A stretch of DNA of 12,749 nt from Candidatus Nanohalobium sp. (GTDB lineage: Archaea; Nanohalarchaeota; Nanosalinia; Nanosalinales; Nanosalinaceae), in the NCBI GenBank assembly GCA_042216335.1, contig JBDGTY010000029.1, forward strand, positions 1 to 12,749, read 5' to 3'. The notes beneath the pieces were generated by a model. The model saw only the letters and a program-made list of their open reading frames with translations, was not told the DNA's origin and searched no databases. Both the position numbers and the translations under genes were made by a program. How positions within the stretch are numbered: the stretch's first letter is position 1; each line of letters starts with the position of its first letter. Positions 1 through 7,791 of this stretch are shown here, piece after piece.

Positions 1-32
1 AGACCAGAGCTATTGCTGTTTGGGCAACAGGC

Positions 33-47
33 AAAAGATACTTAAGT
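33..47 (+). promoter_or_regulatory. Candidate archaeal BRE/TATA promoter of the DUF6516-wHTH operon
   Basis: A purine-rich AAAAG run is followed by TACTTAAGT about 36-44 nt before the GTG at 83. An SD-like AGGTG lies at 73-77. Confidence 0.45.
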
Positions 48-82
48 TCTGACACTTAATACAGGAAACATCAGGTGTTGAA

Positions 83-373
83 GTGGCTGAGAAACTACTG
101 GAAAGAGAGTTCACGACCAGTGACGGCACCAAGATAGAGGTGCTCGCATGGAAAGTACCGGAAAGCGAGAAATATCCGGAAGGAATCAAGTACAAGTTTC
201 AGGCCTACAGGCCAGAAGATGGAGAAACCATCCTTCGATACGACAACCACAACAGACATGCGGGAAGCAGACACCACAAACACGTCGGAGAGGACAAAAC
301 TGAAGCAACAGAATTCGATAGCCTTCAAGAACTTTACACAAAGTTCATAGAAGAGGTGAAACGACATGAATAA
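83..373 (+). CDS. DUF6516 / TumE-like putative toxin of a toxin-antitoxin pair
   Basis: 96 aa with GTG start and upstream AGGTG. Contains the family-typical pattern WKVP..YPEGIKY..Y....ILRYDN....HHKH. Overlaps the downstream HTH gene. Confidence 0.8.
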   Translation: MAEKLLEREFTTSDGTKIEVLAWKVPESEKYPEGIKYKFQAYRPEDGETILRYDNHNRHAGSRHHKHVGEDKTEATEFDSLQELYTKFIEEVKRHE

Positions 374-797
374 AGATATAGAAGTAAAGCCAGAAGAACT
401 GGAAGGAAAAACACTGATAGTCACACATATGAGCCAGGACAAATTCAACACTGAGACAGTGGAAGACCTTGGTAGACTGGAGGAAGGGGAAGAGGTTCCA
501 TCAAAAAAGGTGTTTGAGGATCCAGGAGAACTGGCCAAGCTTTTCACGGAGAAGAGAAAGGAACTTGTTAAAGAGGTCAAGGAGAATCAACCAGGAAGCA
601 TAAGTCAGCTGGCGGAAAACCTGGAAAGAGGGAAGAGCGAGGTCTACAGCGACCTCAAGCTACTGGAAAAACACGGAATAGTATTCTTCGAAGAGGATGG
701 ACAGGCCAAAAAGCCGCGGATACCGTATGACGAGATAAAAGTAGAGTTCAATCTTCTCGGAGAGAACTCAAAAATAGGAGACGGAATCAAGGCCTAG
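366..797 (+). CDS. HVO_A0114-like winged-HTH DNA-binding protein, putative antitoxin/regulator
   Basis: 143 aa. LFTEKRKELV...PGSISQLAENLERGKSEVYSDLKLLEKHGIV...KKPRIPYDEI matches the wHTH family that accompanies DUF6516. Strong SD GAGGTGA at 353-359, 8-nt overlap with the upstream gene. Confidence 0.8.
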   Translation: MNKDIEVKPEELEGKTLIVTHMSQDKFNTETVEDLGRLEEGEEVPSKKVFEDPGELAKLFTEKRKELVKEVKENQPGSISQLAENLERGKSEVYSDLKLLEKHGIVFFEEDGQAKKPRIPYDEIKVEFNLLGENSKIGDGIKA

Positions 798-879
798 GCA
801 TGAAAAAAGATTATATGCCGGAATACGGCTACTAGCTTTGAATCAAACTCTACAGCATAAACCACAGAATGAAAGGAAG

Positions 880-1194
880 CTATTGAAGTTCCATGACTGC
901 CCCGGCTACGTCTTCAGCGCTTTTCAGGGCTTCTCTGGCTTCTTCTTCGCTGCAGTCCGTTTTTTCCTGCACCAGTTCGATGTCTTCCTGGTCGGGGTCT
1001 GTATCCTTTTCTTCTTCTGTGTAGTTGCCCTGTAGGTTGAATAGTTCCTGTCCCTGTGCGTCGATCTTGGAGAGATCCGGGTTGTTGAATACCAGTTTTT
1101 TGTCGCCTACGTGGACTTCGACCTTGTCTGCGTCGATTTCTTCCATGTCCATGCCCATCTGCTTCATCATCTGCTGCATGTTTCCGCCGAACAT
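880..1194 (-). CDS. nac: Archaeal nascent polypeptide-associated complex (NAC) protein
   Basis: 104 aa from the ATG at 1194. MQQMMKQMGMDMEEIDA.KVEV..GDKKLVFNNPDLSKIDAQGQ is the NAC domain. EDIELVQEKTDCSEEEAREAL..AEDVAGAVMEL is the UBA-like C-terminus. The longer 1353 start overlaps the divergent gene and is rejected. Confidence 0.93.
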   Translation of the reverse strand: MFGGNMQQMMKQMGMDMEEIDADKVEVHVGDKKLVFNNPDLSKIDAQGQELFNLQGNYTEEEKDTDPDQEDIELVQEKTDCSEEEAREALKSAEDVAGAVMELQ

Positions 1195-1216
1195 AGAAAC
1201 TTGTTGTGCGGCATTC

Positions 1217-1224
1217 TTTTTATG
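1217..1224. promoter_or_regulatory. Candidate shared TATA box in the 58-bp divergent nac / tctA-like intergenic region
   Basis: TTTTTATG is the only TATA-like run in the gap. It lies 23-30 nt from the nac ATG (1194) and 29-36 nt from the permease ATG (1253). Confidence 0.4.
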
Positions 1225-1252
1225 ACTGAACAAACCCAAGATTGAAGCAAAA

Positions 1253-2416
1253 ATGCTGGACCTCATCAGCCTGGCTCTTATCGGAGTACTCGCAGGAGCT
1301 TTCACGGGAATAGTACCGGGGATACATCCGAACACAGTCATCTTCACCTCCATACCGTTCTACCTTTCCACATCGATGGCCTTCATGAGCTATGCAGCAT
1401 TCATCTCGGGTCTTTCCGTCTCCCATACCTTCCACGACTTCCTTCCCAGTATCTACATGCAGGCGCCTGACGCCAACACCGCACTATCCACGATGCCAGG
1501 AGCAGAAAAAGCTGCAAACGGGGAGGGACCTGAAGCATTCCACTCGACGCTTATCGGCGGGATAGTATCGATAGTTGCTCTGATACTGGCGCTGCCGGTT
1601 CTGACACTTTTCCTGGAAGATTTCTACACTTTTATCGAGCCTTTCATGGCGTATATCGTCGCGTTCTTCCTCTTCTTCCTGATATTCAGGAATAAGTTCA
1701 GGCCGGCGATTATTACAGCGGTTCTGGCCGGCGCACTCGGCATGATCTCGTTGAACAGCTCGCTCGGCGGCCAGTTCATATTGATGCCTGTCTTCGGAGG
1801 ACTATTCGCTGTTCCAGCCGTTATCTCCTCACTGGAGAAGGACTTCGAACTTCCCCAGCAGGACTTCGAAGCAGGTTTTTCAGGCGGCAGGGGCGGCCTG
1901 GCTGGCCTGCTCTCAGGCTTGATCGCAGGGACTGTTCCCGGTGTCGGGGCCGCAGGCTCCACGACATTTCTGTCGCCTTTGATGGATGACGGCTCGGAGT
2001 TCCTGGCAGGTATGGGAGGAGTTAATACCACGGATATCGTGGTTTCCTTACTGGCGCTACTTTTGATCGGGAAGGCACGATCCGGAGCCTCAGTCGCACT
2101 TCAGAGCCTCTCTACACCGGTCCGACATGAGATCTTCCTTTTGATCGGGCTTTCGGTTTTCTGTGCGGGCATCTCGGCGTTGCTGGCCCTGCGGACGGAG
2201 AGGTTTTTCCTGAAGGTTATAGAGTTAGTGAACTTCCGGAAAGCGGGCGTAGCTGTACTTTCCATAGTCTGTGTGCTTTCCTTCGTCCTGTCTGGCTGGT
2301 TCGGAGTCCTGACTCTGGCGACGGCTTCCTTCATCGGTTTTTACAGCCTGGAGAATTCGTGTCGTGCAGCCTGTATGGCGGTGCTTCTGGTGCCTTCCAT
2401 CGCCTTCTTCATGTAG
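1253..2416 (+). CDS. Tripartite tricarboxylate transporter TctA-family permease (archaeal type)
   Basis: 387 aa polytopic membrane protein. N-terminal GAFTGIVPGIHPN, SHTFHDFLPSIY..AP and LSTMPG motifs, GLFAVP, and the internal repeat GLIAGTVPGVG are typical of archaeal TctA (COG1784-like). Confidence 0.88.
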   Translation: MLDLISLALIGVLAGAFTGIVPGIHPNTVIFTSIPFYLSTSMAFMSYAAFISGLSVSHTFHDFLPSIYMQAPDANTALSTMPGAEKAANGEGPEAFHSTLIGGIVSIVALILALPVLTLFLEDFYTFIEPFMAYIVAFFLFFLIFRNKFRPAIITAVLAGALGMISLNSSLGGQFILMPVFGGLFAVPAVISSLEKDFELPQQDFEAGFSGGRGGLAGLLSGLIAGTVPGVGAAGSTTFLSPLMDDGSEFLAGMGGVNTTDIVVSLLALLLIGKARSGASVALQSLSTPVRHEIFLLIGLSVFCAGISALLALRTERFFLKVIELVNFRKAGVAVLSIVCVLSFVLSGWFGVLTLATASFIGFYSLENSCRAACMAVLLVPSIAFFM

Positions 2417-2417
2417 T

Positions 2418-2452
2418 AAAAGGTTTTTTATCGGTTCAGACCTGACTCAGGT
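2418..2452 (+). promoter_or_regulatory. BRE/TATA (AAAAGG-TTTTTTA) plus 13-bp palindrome ACCTGA-C-TCAGGT upstream of the AI-2E gene
   Basis: TATA at 2424-2430 is 25-31 nt before the ATG at 2455 (leaderless geometry). A perfect palindrome at 2440-2452 lies between the TATA and the start. Confidence 0.55.
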
Positions 2453-2454
2453 AT

Positions 2455-3456
2455 ATGAACAGTCAGCGCGGCTTCCTGCTCATCCTCGTTACATCGCTGC
2501 TTTTCGTCGCCGGGCTGATGCTGAAGCCATTCCTGGGGTATATCCTGGGTGCACTGCTTCTCGCGTTCATCCTGATGCCTCTACAGGACCGGCTTTCTAA
2601 CCTTATCGGAGACAAGCTTTCGGCTCTGACACTGATAGTTTTAACTTTTGTAGCAGTATCCGTGCCTTTTGCCCTGATATTCGGGGCTGTAGCGAACGAT
2701 GCACAGGACGTTATCGGAGAGGTGAACCAGACGCAGCTATTTGATATCCAGAAGGCCGAACAGATAATAATGGAGTACACAGGGCAGCAGGTGAACCTTG
2801 AGCAGGAGATAAGAGAGGTTCTCAACCAGTTCGTGTCTACCACGCTCGGAGGAGTATCCGAATTCCTCAACGTCCTCACAGGCATAGCCATAGGCTTCTC
2901 AGTCATGCTCTTCCTGCTCTACTACCTACTGAAAGATGGCAAGGAGTTCACAGGATATTTAAAGGGCATAATACCGCTTCCGGAAGATATAGTGAATAGA
3001 CTCCATCGGAAGACCTACCAGACTACCTGGGCTGTCATCAAGGGTCATATACTTGTCGCTGTGATCCAGGGGCTTATAGCCGGCGTCGGACTCTGGTTCA
3101 CCGGAGTACCCAACTTCGCTTTCTGGACTTTCGTCATGATTTTGCTGGCTTTCATACCGATAATCGGAGCCTTCATGGTCTGGGGACCGGCATCGATCTA
3201 CCTCCTGGCCATCAACAGGCCTATAGCAGCCATCGTACTGGCCGTCTACGGCAGCATAGTGGTTGGATTAACGGACAACTTCCTCAGGCCGCTGCTGGTC
3301 GACAGGAGCGGCGACCTGCACCCAGCAGTGATACTTATCGGAGTTATCGGAGGCGTCTACGTCTTCGGGGCCGCAGGACTCTTCATAGGGCCCGTAGTAT
3401 TCGGAGTACTGAAAGCAGTGCTGGAAGTCTTCAAGAGCAACTACCAGGATCTCTGA
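2455..3456 (+). CDS. AI-2E family (PerM/TqsA-like) membrane transporter
   Basis: 333 aa. Hydrophobic N-terminal helices, FLLYYLLKDG, VAVIQG, FIPIIGAFMVWGP, DNFLRPLL and LHPAVILIGVIGGVYVFGAAGLFIGP are characteristic of AI-2E. Confidence 0.93.
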   Translation: MNSQRGFLLILVTSLLFVAGLMLKPFLGYILGALLLAFILMPLQDRLSNLIGDKLSALTLIVLTFVAVSVPFALIFGAVANDAQDVIGEVNQTQLFDIQKAEQIIMEYTGQQVNLEQEIREVLNQFVSTTLGGVSEFLNVLTGIAIGFSVMLFLLYYLLKDGKEFTGYLKGIIPLPEDIVNRLHRKTYQTTWAVIKGHILVAVIQGLIAGVGLWFTGVPNFAFWTFVMILLAFIPIIGAFMVWGPASIYLLAINRPIAAIVLAVYGSIVVGLTDNFLRPLLVDRSGDLHPAVILIGVIGGVYVFGAAGLFIGPVVFGVLKAVLEVFKSNYQDL

Positions 3457-3497
3457 AACCTGCCCCTTTTTGAAAGAAAGAAGAAACAAGGTTTTCC

Positions 3498-4325
3498 ATG
3501 CCGGAGATACGTGAATCAGTTATCTTAGCAGCGCTCGCTGTCATATTGATTTCCATCCCGGCAGCTTCACAGAACGTTGAGATAACAGAAGAGGACAGAT
3601 ACAGCGGAAAGATAGACTCCAGGTTCTCCGACATGTTCAAAGTAGACTTCAGGCCCGGAAAGATAGTTATGGAGTTGATCGACAGCGAAGCCCGACTCCA
3701 GGTAAACAAAAGCTACCGGAAAAACACCTACTTGCTTCGGACACCGGAAGGATACGTGAAAAAGGTCGAAACCAGTAACTCGACGATCAAGATTGTGCAG
3801 ACGCCTTACGGCAGGTTTGTCTCAGGCTTCAGGAACGGAGAGAACATCTCGAAGTTTGAATCCAGCAGGGAAGAAGCCAGTGACTCAGTAAAGGCCGAGG
3901 CCAGAAAGATGAAGAAGGAGCTGATGAAAAGGTTCGAGGAAAGGCTTGCCGAGACCAGGGACAGGAAGCAAATCGTGATGGATCGGATCCTGCCGGATAT
4001 CGAGTTAGGTGTAGAGGCAGATGAAGACACCGCCGAACACTTCGTACTGGAGAACACAGGAAACCAGACCCTGGATCTGTCAGGCTGGAAGATCGCGGCC
4101 AGAGACTCGAATGGAGAAGTCGGCGATACTCTCAGGCTCGAAAGAGAGATCGGTCCGGGCGAAAAAGTGGTCTTTTACTCGAATAAACGCAAGGACGTGA
4201 AGGATGTAGTCGACAGCATACCGGAAGATGCGATCTTTGATTCAGGAGTCAATATATTCAACGATGGCGGCGCTGTCAAGCTGTACAACGGGAAGGACAG
4301 GCTTATCGACTCCTACAGTTACTAG
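3498..4325 (+). CDS. Secreted/surface protein with C-terminal lamin tail domain (LTD)
   Basis: 275 aa with an N-terminal signal peptide (VILAALAVILISIPAAS). A central charged helix/coiled coil is followed by EHFVLENTGNQTLDLSGWKI...IGPGEKVV...IFNDGGAVKLYNGKDRLIDSYSY, the LTD pattern. Confidence 0.82.
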   Translation: MPEIRESVILAALAVILISIPAASQNVEITEEDRYSGKIDSRFSDMFKVDFRPGKIVMELIDSEARLQVNKSYRKNTYLLRTPEGYVKKVETSNSTIKIVQTPYGRFVSGFRNGENISKFESSREEASDSVKAEARKMKKELMKRFEERLAETRDRKQIVMDRILPDIELGVEADEDTAEHFVLENTGNQTLDLSGWKIAARDSNGEVGDTLRLEREIGPGEKVVFYSNKRKDVKDVVDSIPEDAIFDSGVNIFNDGGAVKLYNGKDRLIDSYSY

Positions 4326-4603
4326 AGTTTTTCTACGTCCCCTTTAACCCTGTACTTCTCTCCGGTCAGAAGCTTCCTCATCTTCATCTCCTCTCCTTCC
4401 GCAACGATAACCAGGTTCTCCAGGTACGGTTTGATAGGCGTGGCAAGTTCGGACTTGACGTTGACGAGGATAGTCGAGACTATGAAAAGGTAGAGTATGA
4501 CAGAGAGGCTTGTCGAGCTGAATCCCATGGCCTGGACGATCGTGTAGGCTGCTCCTGCGATGACTGCTCCGTAGACAGCGCCCTCGATCGCATCCTGTTT
4601 CAT
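4322..4603 (-). CDS. Small hypothetical membrane protein (two predicted TM helices)
   Basis: 93 aa with two hydrophobic segments in the N-terminal half. Its start overlaps the cupin stop (ATGA, 4600-4603), indicating translational coupling. Confidence 0.7.
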   Translation of the reverse strand: MKQDAIEGAVYGAVIAGAAYTIVQAMGFSSTSLSVILYLFIVSTILVNVKSELATPIKPYLENLVIVAEGEEMKMRKLLTGEKYRVKGDVEKL

Positions 4604-4968
4604 CCTTCTCTCCTGTCCTCGTATGGATCCTCTACACGGGTTATATCATCCGGTTTGTACGGGAAGGATATCTCCAGTACGGTGGCGACATCGCCCTGGA
4701 TGTTCTGGAGCTGGTGCTTCTCTCCCGTCCTTATTATCTTGGCTTCGCCCTTCTCAAGCTTCTGCATGCCGCTCTCCGTCCTGAGAACCACAGTTCCCTC
4801 CTGGAGGTAGAGGATGTCCTGCTGGTATTCATGATAACAGTAGGACGTCATCTCGTCGGCGTTGATGACGAGTCGGCGCATCCCCAGCATTCCGGTTTTG
4901 TCGCCGACATCGACCTGGGTCGCCAGAACCTGCTCCTCGTATCCCCACGGCTTGTCAATCTTGCTCAT
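4600..4968 (-). CDS. Cupin-domain protein, mannose-6-phosphate isomerase (type II PMI C-terminal domain)-like
   Basis: 122 aa from the ATG at 4968. Motifs KPWGYE, TSYCYH....DILYLQEG, GEKHQLQN and VLEIS....DDITRVEDPY.R match the cupin/PMI-II C-terminal pattern. Confidence 0.8.
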   Translation of the reverse strand: MSKIDKPWGYEEQVLATQVDVGDKTGMLGMRRLVINADEMTSYCYHEYQQDILYLQEGTVVLRTESGMQKLEKGEAKIIRTGEKHQLQNIQGDVATVLEISFPYKPDDITRVEDPYEDRREG

Positions 4969-5001
4969 CACACCAGTATTTCTTGGCAACGGTTTTAGGC
5001 T

Positions 5002-5937
5002 TTAGGTGTAGAACTCCACGGTCTTCTCCAGTCCTTCCTCAAATGAGTATTCGGGCTCCCAGCCAAGCACCTCCCTCGTCCTGGAGATATCGGCCCGGTG
5101 CTCCATAACATAGTTGTCACGCGGGTTCTCGATCCTCTCAGCCTCAATATCAGTGCCGAGAGCATTGTTCAACTCTTCGACCACCTGGTTGAAGGTCTGA
5201 GGATTACCTGTGCCGACATTGAAAACCTCGCCGTTTGCTTCTTCGATCCTCTGGGCCGCTGCGATGTTGGCCTCTGCCACATCCTCAACGTAAATCAGGT
5301 CGCGTTCTTGGTCGCCTTCACCCCAGATAACCGGCTGCTCTCCATCCTGCATCTTCCACAGGAACTGGGTGAGTACGTTCGCGTACTTGCCCTTCGCCTT
5401 CTCGTGAGGTCCGAAGACGGAGAAGAACCTGAGGCCGGTGAACTGGACATCGGTCTGGACAGAATAAGTCTTCGCGTAGAGCTCACGGGACATCTTCGAC
5501 GCCGTGTAAAGGTTCATCGGATACTCTCCCGAATCCACCCTGTGCGGCGGCTCCACACTGCCATACATAGAGCTCGTGGACGCATAGACAACCTTCTCCA
5601 CGCCTTCATCCTCCGCAGCCTCAGCAACATTGATGAAACCTTCAATATTCACCCTAGCTCCTTCAGCCGCATCATCCTTGTGCATTGGAGAAGAACTCCT
5701 CGCTGCGAGATGGAAAACCGTATCACATCCCTCGATAGCCTCCTCGACGGTTTCGACGTCAAGTACCGACCCATCGATAAACTCCACCTCGTCCCTAACC
5801 CTGTCAAGGTTGGATTCGTCGCCAAGGTACTGAGAATCAAGTACGACGACCTCGACATCCTTTTCCACAATTTTTTCCACGATATTCGAGCCGATGAACC
5901 CGGCTCCACCAGTCACAAGCGCTTTATCCATTTCCAT
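5002..5937 (-). CDS. NAD-dependent nucleotide-sugar epimerase/dehydratase (extended SDR)
   Basis: 311 aa with Rossmann motif TGGAGFIG, FHLAA, ASTSSMYG, catalytic YTASK (YxxxK), LRFFSVFGP, RDLIYVEDVA and FNVGTG. Confidence 0.96.
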   Translation of the reverse strand: MEMDKALVTGGAGFIGSNIVEKIVEKDVEVVVLDSQYLGDESNLDRVRDEVEFIDGSVLDVETVEEAIEGCDTVFHLAARSSSPMHKDDAAEGARVNIEGFINVAEAAEDEGVEKVVYASTSSMYGSVEPPHRVDSGEYPMNLYTASKMSRELYAKTYSVQTDVQFTGLRFFSVFGPHEKAKGKYANVLTQFLWKMQDGEQPVIWGEGDQERDLIYVEDVAEANIAAAQRIEEANGEVFNVGTGNPQTFNQVVEELNNALGTDIEAERIENPRDNYVMEHRADISRTREVLGWEPEYSFEEGLEKTVEFYT

Positions 5938-5939
5938 AA

Positions 5940-6800
5940 TTATCGATCTTTCATAGAGTTTTTTAGATGTGTTTTGTCAGGCAGTGCGGACATCGCCCCT
6001 TTCTCCTGTATTGATAGAGAGGCTGCGTGAACAGCTTTTCTCAGAGCTTCCTCCTTTCCCTGCTCTCTGAATGTGAGGTAGGCTCCCGTCAGTGCGTCAC
6101 CTGCTCCGGTGGTGTCTACTGGTTCTACTGGAGGCGAGGATGCCTTGAAGGAATCTTCCACAGTTCTAACCAGTGCTCCTTCCTCTCCCCTGCTTTCAAC
6201 TACCTCATCTACCTTCTGAAGGATTTTATCGGTGCCACCAAGCCGGTTCATCTCTTCTTCTGCAGCAAAAAGGATATCCGTTCTCTTAATCACGTTCTCT
6301 AGAGTTTCGATGTATTCCTCATCCACGAGTTCTTTCCTCAGATTGGGATCGAAGCTGACCTTGCCTTCAAAGTTTTCCAAAGTCTGCAGTATGTTCTCCG
6401 CAGTTTCCTGATTCGTTAGAGGCAACGAGCCCAAATGAACTATATCTGATTCTGTTTCTATATCGTGTAGTATCTTCTCGTCAGCTCCTCTGTAAAAGCT
6501 GAATTCGGGTTTAGACTGTTTGTCAAGCGAGACAAAAGCCAGCGTAGTTTTTTCTTCGAGCTGTTCTACATTTATTTTAACATTTTCATTTCTCATTCTT
6601 TCAATGAGAAATTTTCCAAAAGCATCATTCCCTACCGACGCCGTTATGGATGTTTGAGCGCCGAGCCTTGAAGCTGCTACAGCTACGTTGGCTGGTGCTC
6701 CTCCAGCCCTCTTCACGAATTCTTCTGTATTTTTTAAGCCTCCTGTCTGGTTACCTATCATATCTACAAGGAGTTCGCCTACGCAGTTGATTCGTACGAT
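5940..6800 (-). CDS. PfkB/ribokinase-family carbohydrate kinase (fructokinase-like); start codon uncertain
   Basis: GGAPANVAVAASRLG, VGNDAFG, FDPNLR and DTTGAGD are PfkB signatures. The first ATG is at 6761, but the in-frame upstream codons read IVRINCVGELLVD, the conserved first strand of PfkB kinases. The gene therefore probably starts near 6797-6800. Confidence 0.9.
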   Translation of the reverse strand: MVRINCVGELLVDMIGNQTGGLKNTEEFVKRAGGAPANVAVAASRLGAQTSITASVGNDAFGKFLIERMRNENVKINVEQLEEKTTLAFVSLDKQSKPEFSFYRGADEKILHDIETESDIVHLGSLPLTNQETAENILQTLENFEGKVSFDPNLRKELVDEEYIETLENVIKRTDILFAAEEEMNRLGGTDKILQKVDEVVESRGEEGALVRTVEDSFKASSPPVEPVDTTGAGDALTGAYLTFREQGKEEALRKAVHAASLSIQEKGAMSALPDKTHLKNSMKDR

Positions 6801-7714
6801 TGTCTCACCCTTTCGTATGCGGAGAGTGCTTCGAGCGTTGCTGCGTTCCAGTGCCTTCCTGGCTCGACCTCCGCTAGCTCATAGTTTTTGTCGCCAAGGA
6901 ACATTTCCGCCCTCTTTTCTGCGCTTTCTATGCTGCTAGTCGAGTAGAGCTCATCAAATATAAGGTGGAGTACACTGACTGTTTCATAGTTACTGTCTTC
7001 CGAGGCTATCACTGATGCGTATGGTTCTGCACCTTCCTCTATGGCTATAGCCTGGCCTCCTGCGCGGACCGAGTCGTCCATGAAGTCTGCGTCCGTCGCT
7101 GAGTCGCCGACAGCTATAGGCGCGAATTGGTCGAGATTCGACATTGAGTCGGAGATGCGGCCAGGTTTCTCGGATCTTCCACAGTAATCTGCCTCATAAC
7201 CTTCCCCATTCTGCTTTATGTCTGCGCCCGTGACACCTATATCGTAGTCTTCTAGGAGGTCTGTTGCGGCTGCGTTGACTCCAGCTGTGACTATCTCAAT
7301 TTCACTGTCACGCATATAGATGTCTTCGTGCTCGAGAAGGTCGCTGAAGCCGCCTCTGATATGTTCTGTGTTCTGCGATTCAGTTAGGACACGTTCTATT
7401 TCATCTAGGTCTGCATCTGATTCTTCGACTATTATGTTCGCTTTTTCAGAGCCTCGGGATATATCCTCCCGTCCGTTTCTCCGTTCATCGACTTTGGTGG
7501 AGAAGTCATCCAGATTCTCTACTCCAATTATATGGCTTTCATCGTGTTGCGCTGCCAGTTGGCCCACGTCACCATCGTAGACTGTTCCATCGAAATCCAC
7601 GAGGTGAGCAACATCATTACCGTATCGCTGATGAGATGGCATTTCCTCCAGCCCTATCTTTAGTTCCGGCACTTCCACATCGGAGATGTTGTCTGCCTCA
7701 CTCGATTTGGCCAT
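6779..7714 (-). CDS. HAD-superfamily phosphatase/phosphotransferase (C1-cap type), substrate unknown
   Basis: 311 aa, very acidic. Motif I LVDFDGT, motif II IVTAG, motif III Lys in GRSEKP, motif IV AVGDSATD. Confidence 0.8.
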   Translation of the reverse strand: MAKSSEADNISDVEVPELKIGLEEMPSHQRYGNDVAHLVDFDGTVYDGDVGQLAAQHDESHIIGVENLDDFSTKVDERRNGREDISRGSEKANIIVEESDADLDEIERVLTESQNTEHIRGGFSDLLEHEDIYMRDSEIEIVTAGVNAAATDLLEDYDIGVTGADIKQNGEGYEADYCGRSEKPGRISDSMSNLDQFAPIAVGDSATDADFMDDSVRAGGQAIAIEEGAEPYASVIASEDSNYETVSVLHLIFDELYSTSSIESAEKRAEMFLGDKNYELAEVEPGRHWNAATLEALSAYERVRQSYESTA

Positions 7715-7738
7715 GGTATTACGATGTATTACTTTTCA

Positions 7739-7746
7739 CTTTTAAA
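7739..7746 (-). promoter_or_regulatory. TATA box of the HAD-kinase-epimerase-cupin run
   Basis: The minus strand reads TTTAAAAG 25-32 nt upstream of the ATG at 7714, consistent with a leaderless archaeal transcript. Confidence 0.55.
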
Positions 7747-7791
7747 GGTTCTTAGTTTCTGCATAATCTCTGAATATTTCAGGAAAAGGCC

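Noticed and set aside
800-835. Tiny ORF MKKDYMPEYGY and a GCCG/CGGC mini-hairpin between convergent genes
   Set aside because: An 11-codon ORF and a 4-bp stem are expected by chance, with no supporting signals.
1195-1353. N-terminal extension of NAC given by the ORF track
   Set aside because: It overlaps the divergent permease gene. NAC homology begins at MFGGNM (1194), which has a suitably placed TATA box.
5098-6030. 310-aa plus-strand ORF
   Set aside because: It is an antisense shadow of the clearly recognisable epimerase. It has no family motifs and its Leu/Arg/His-rich composition is unlike this acidic proteome.
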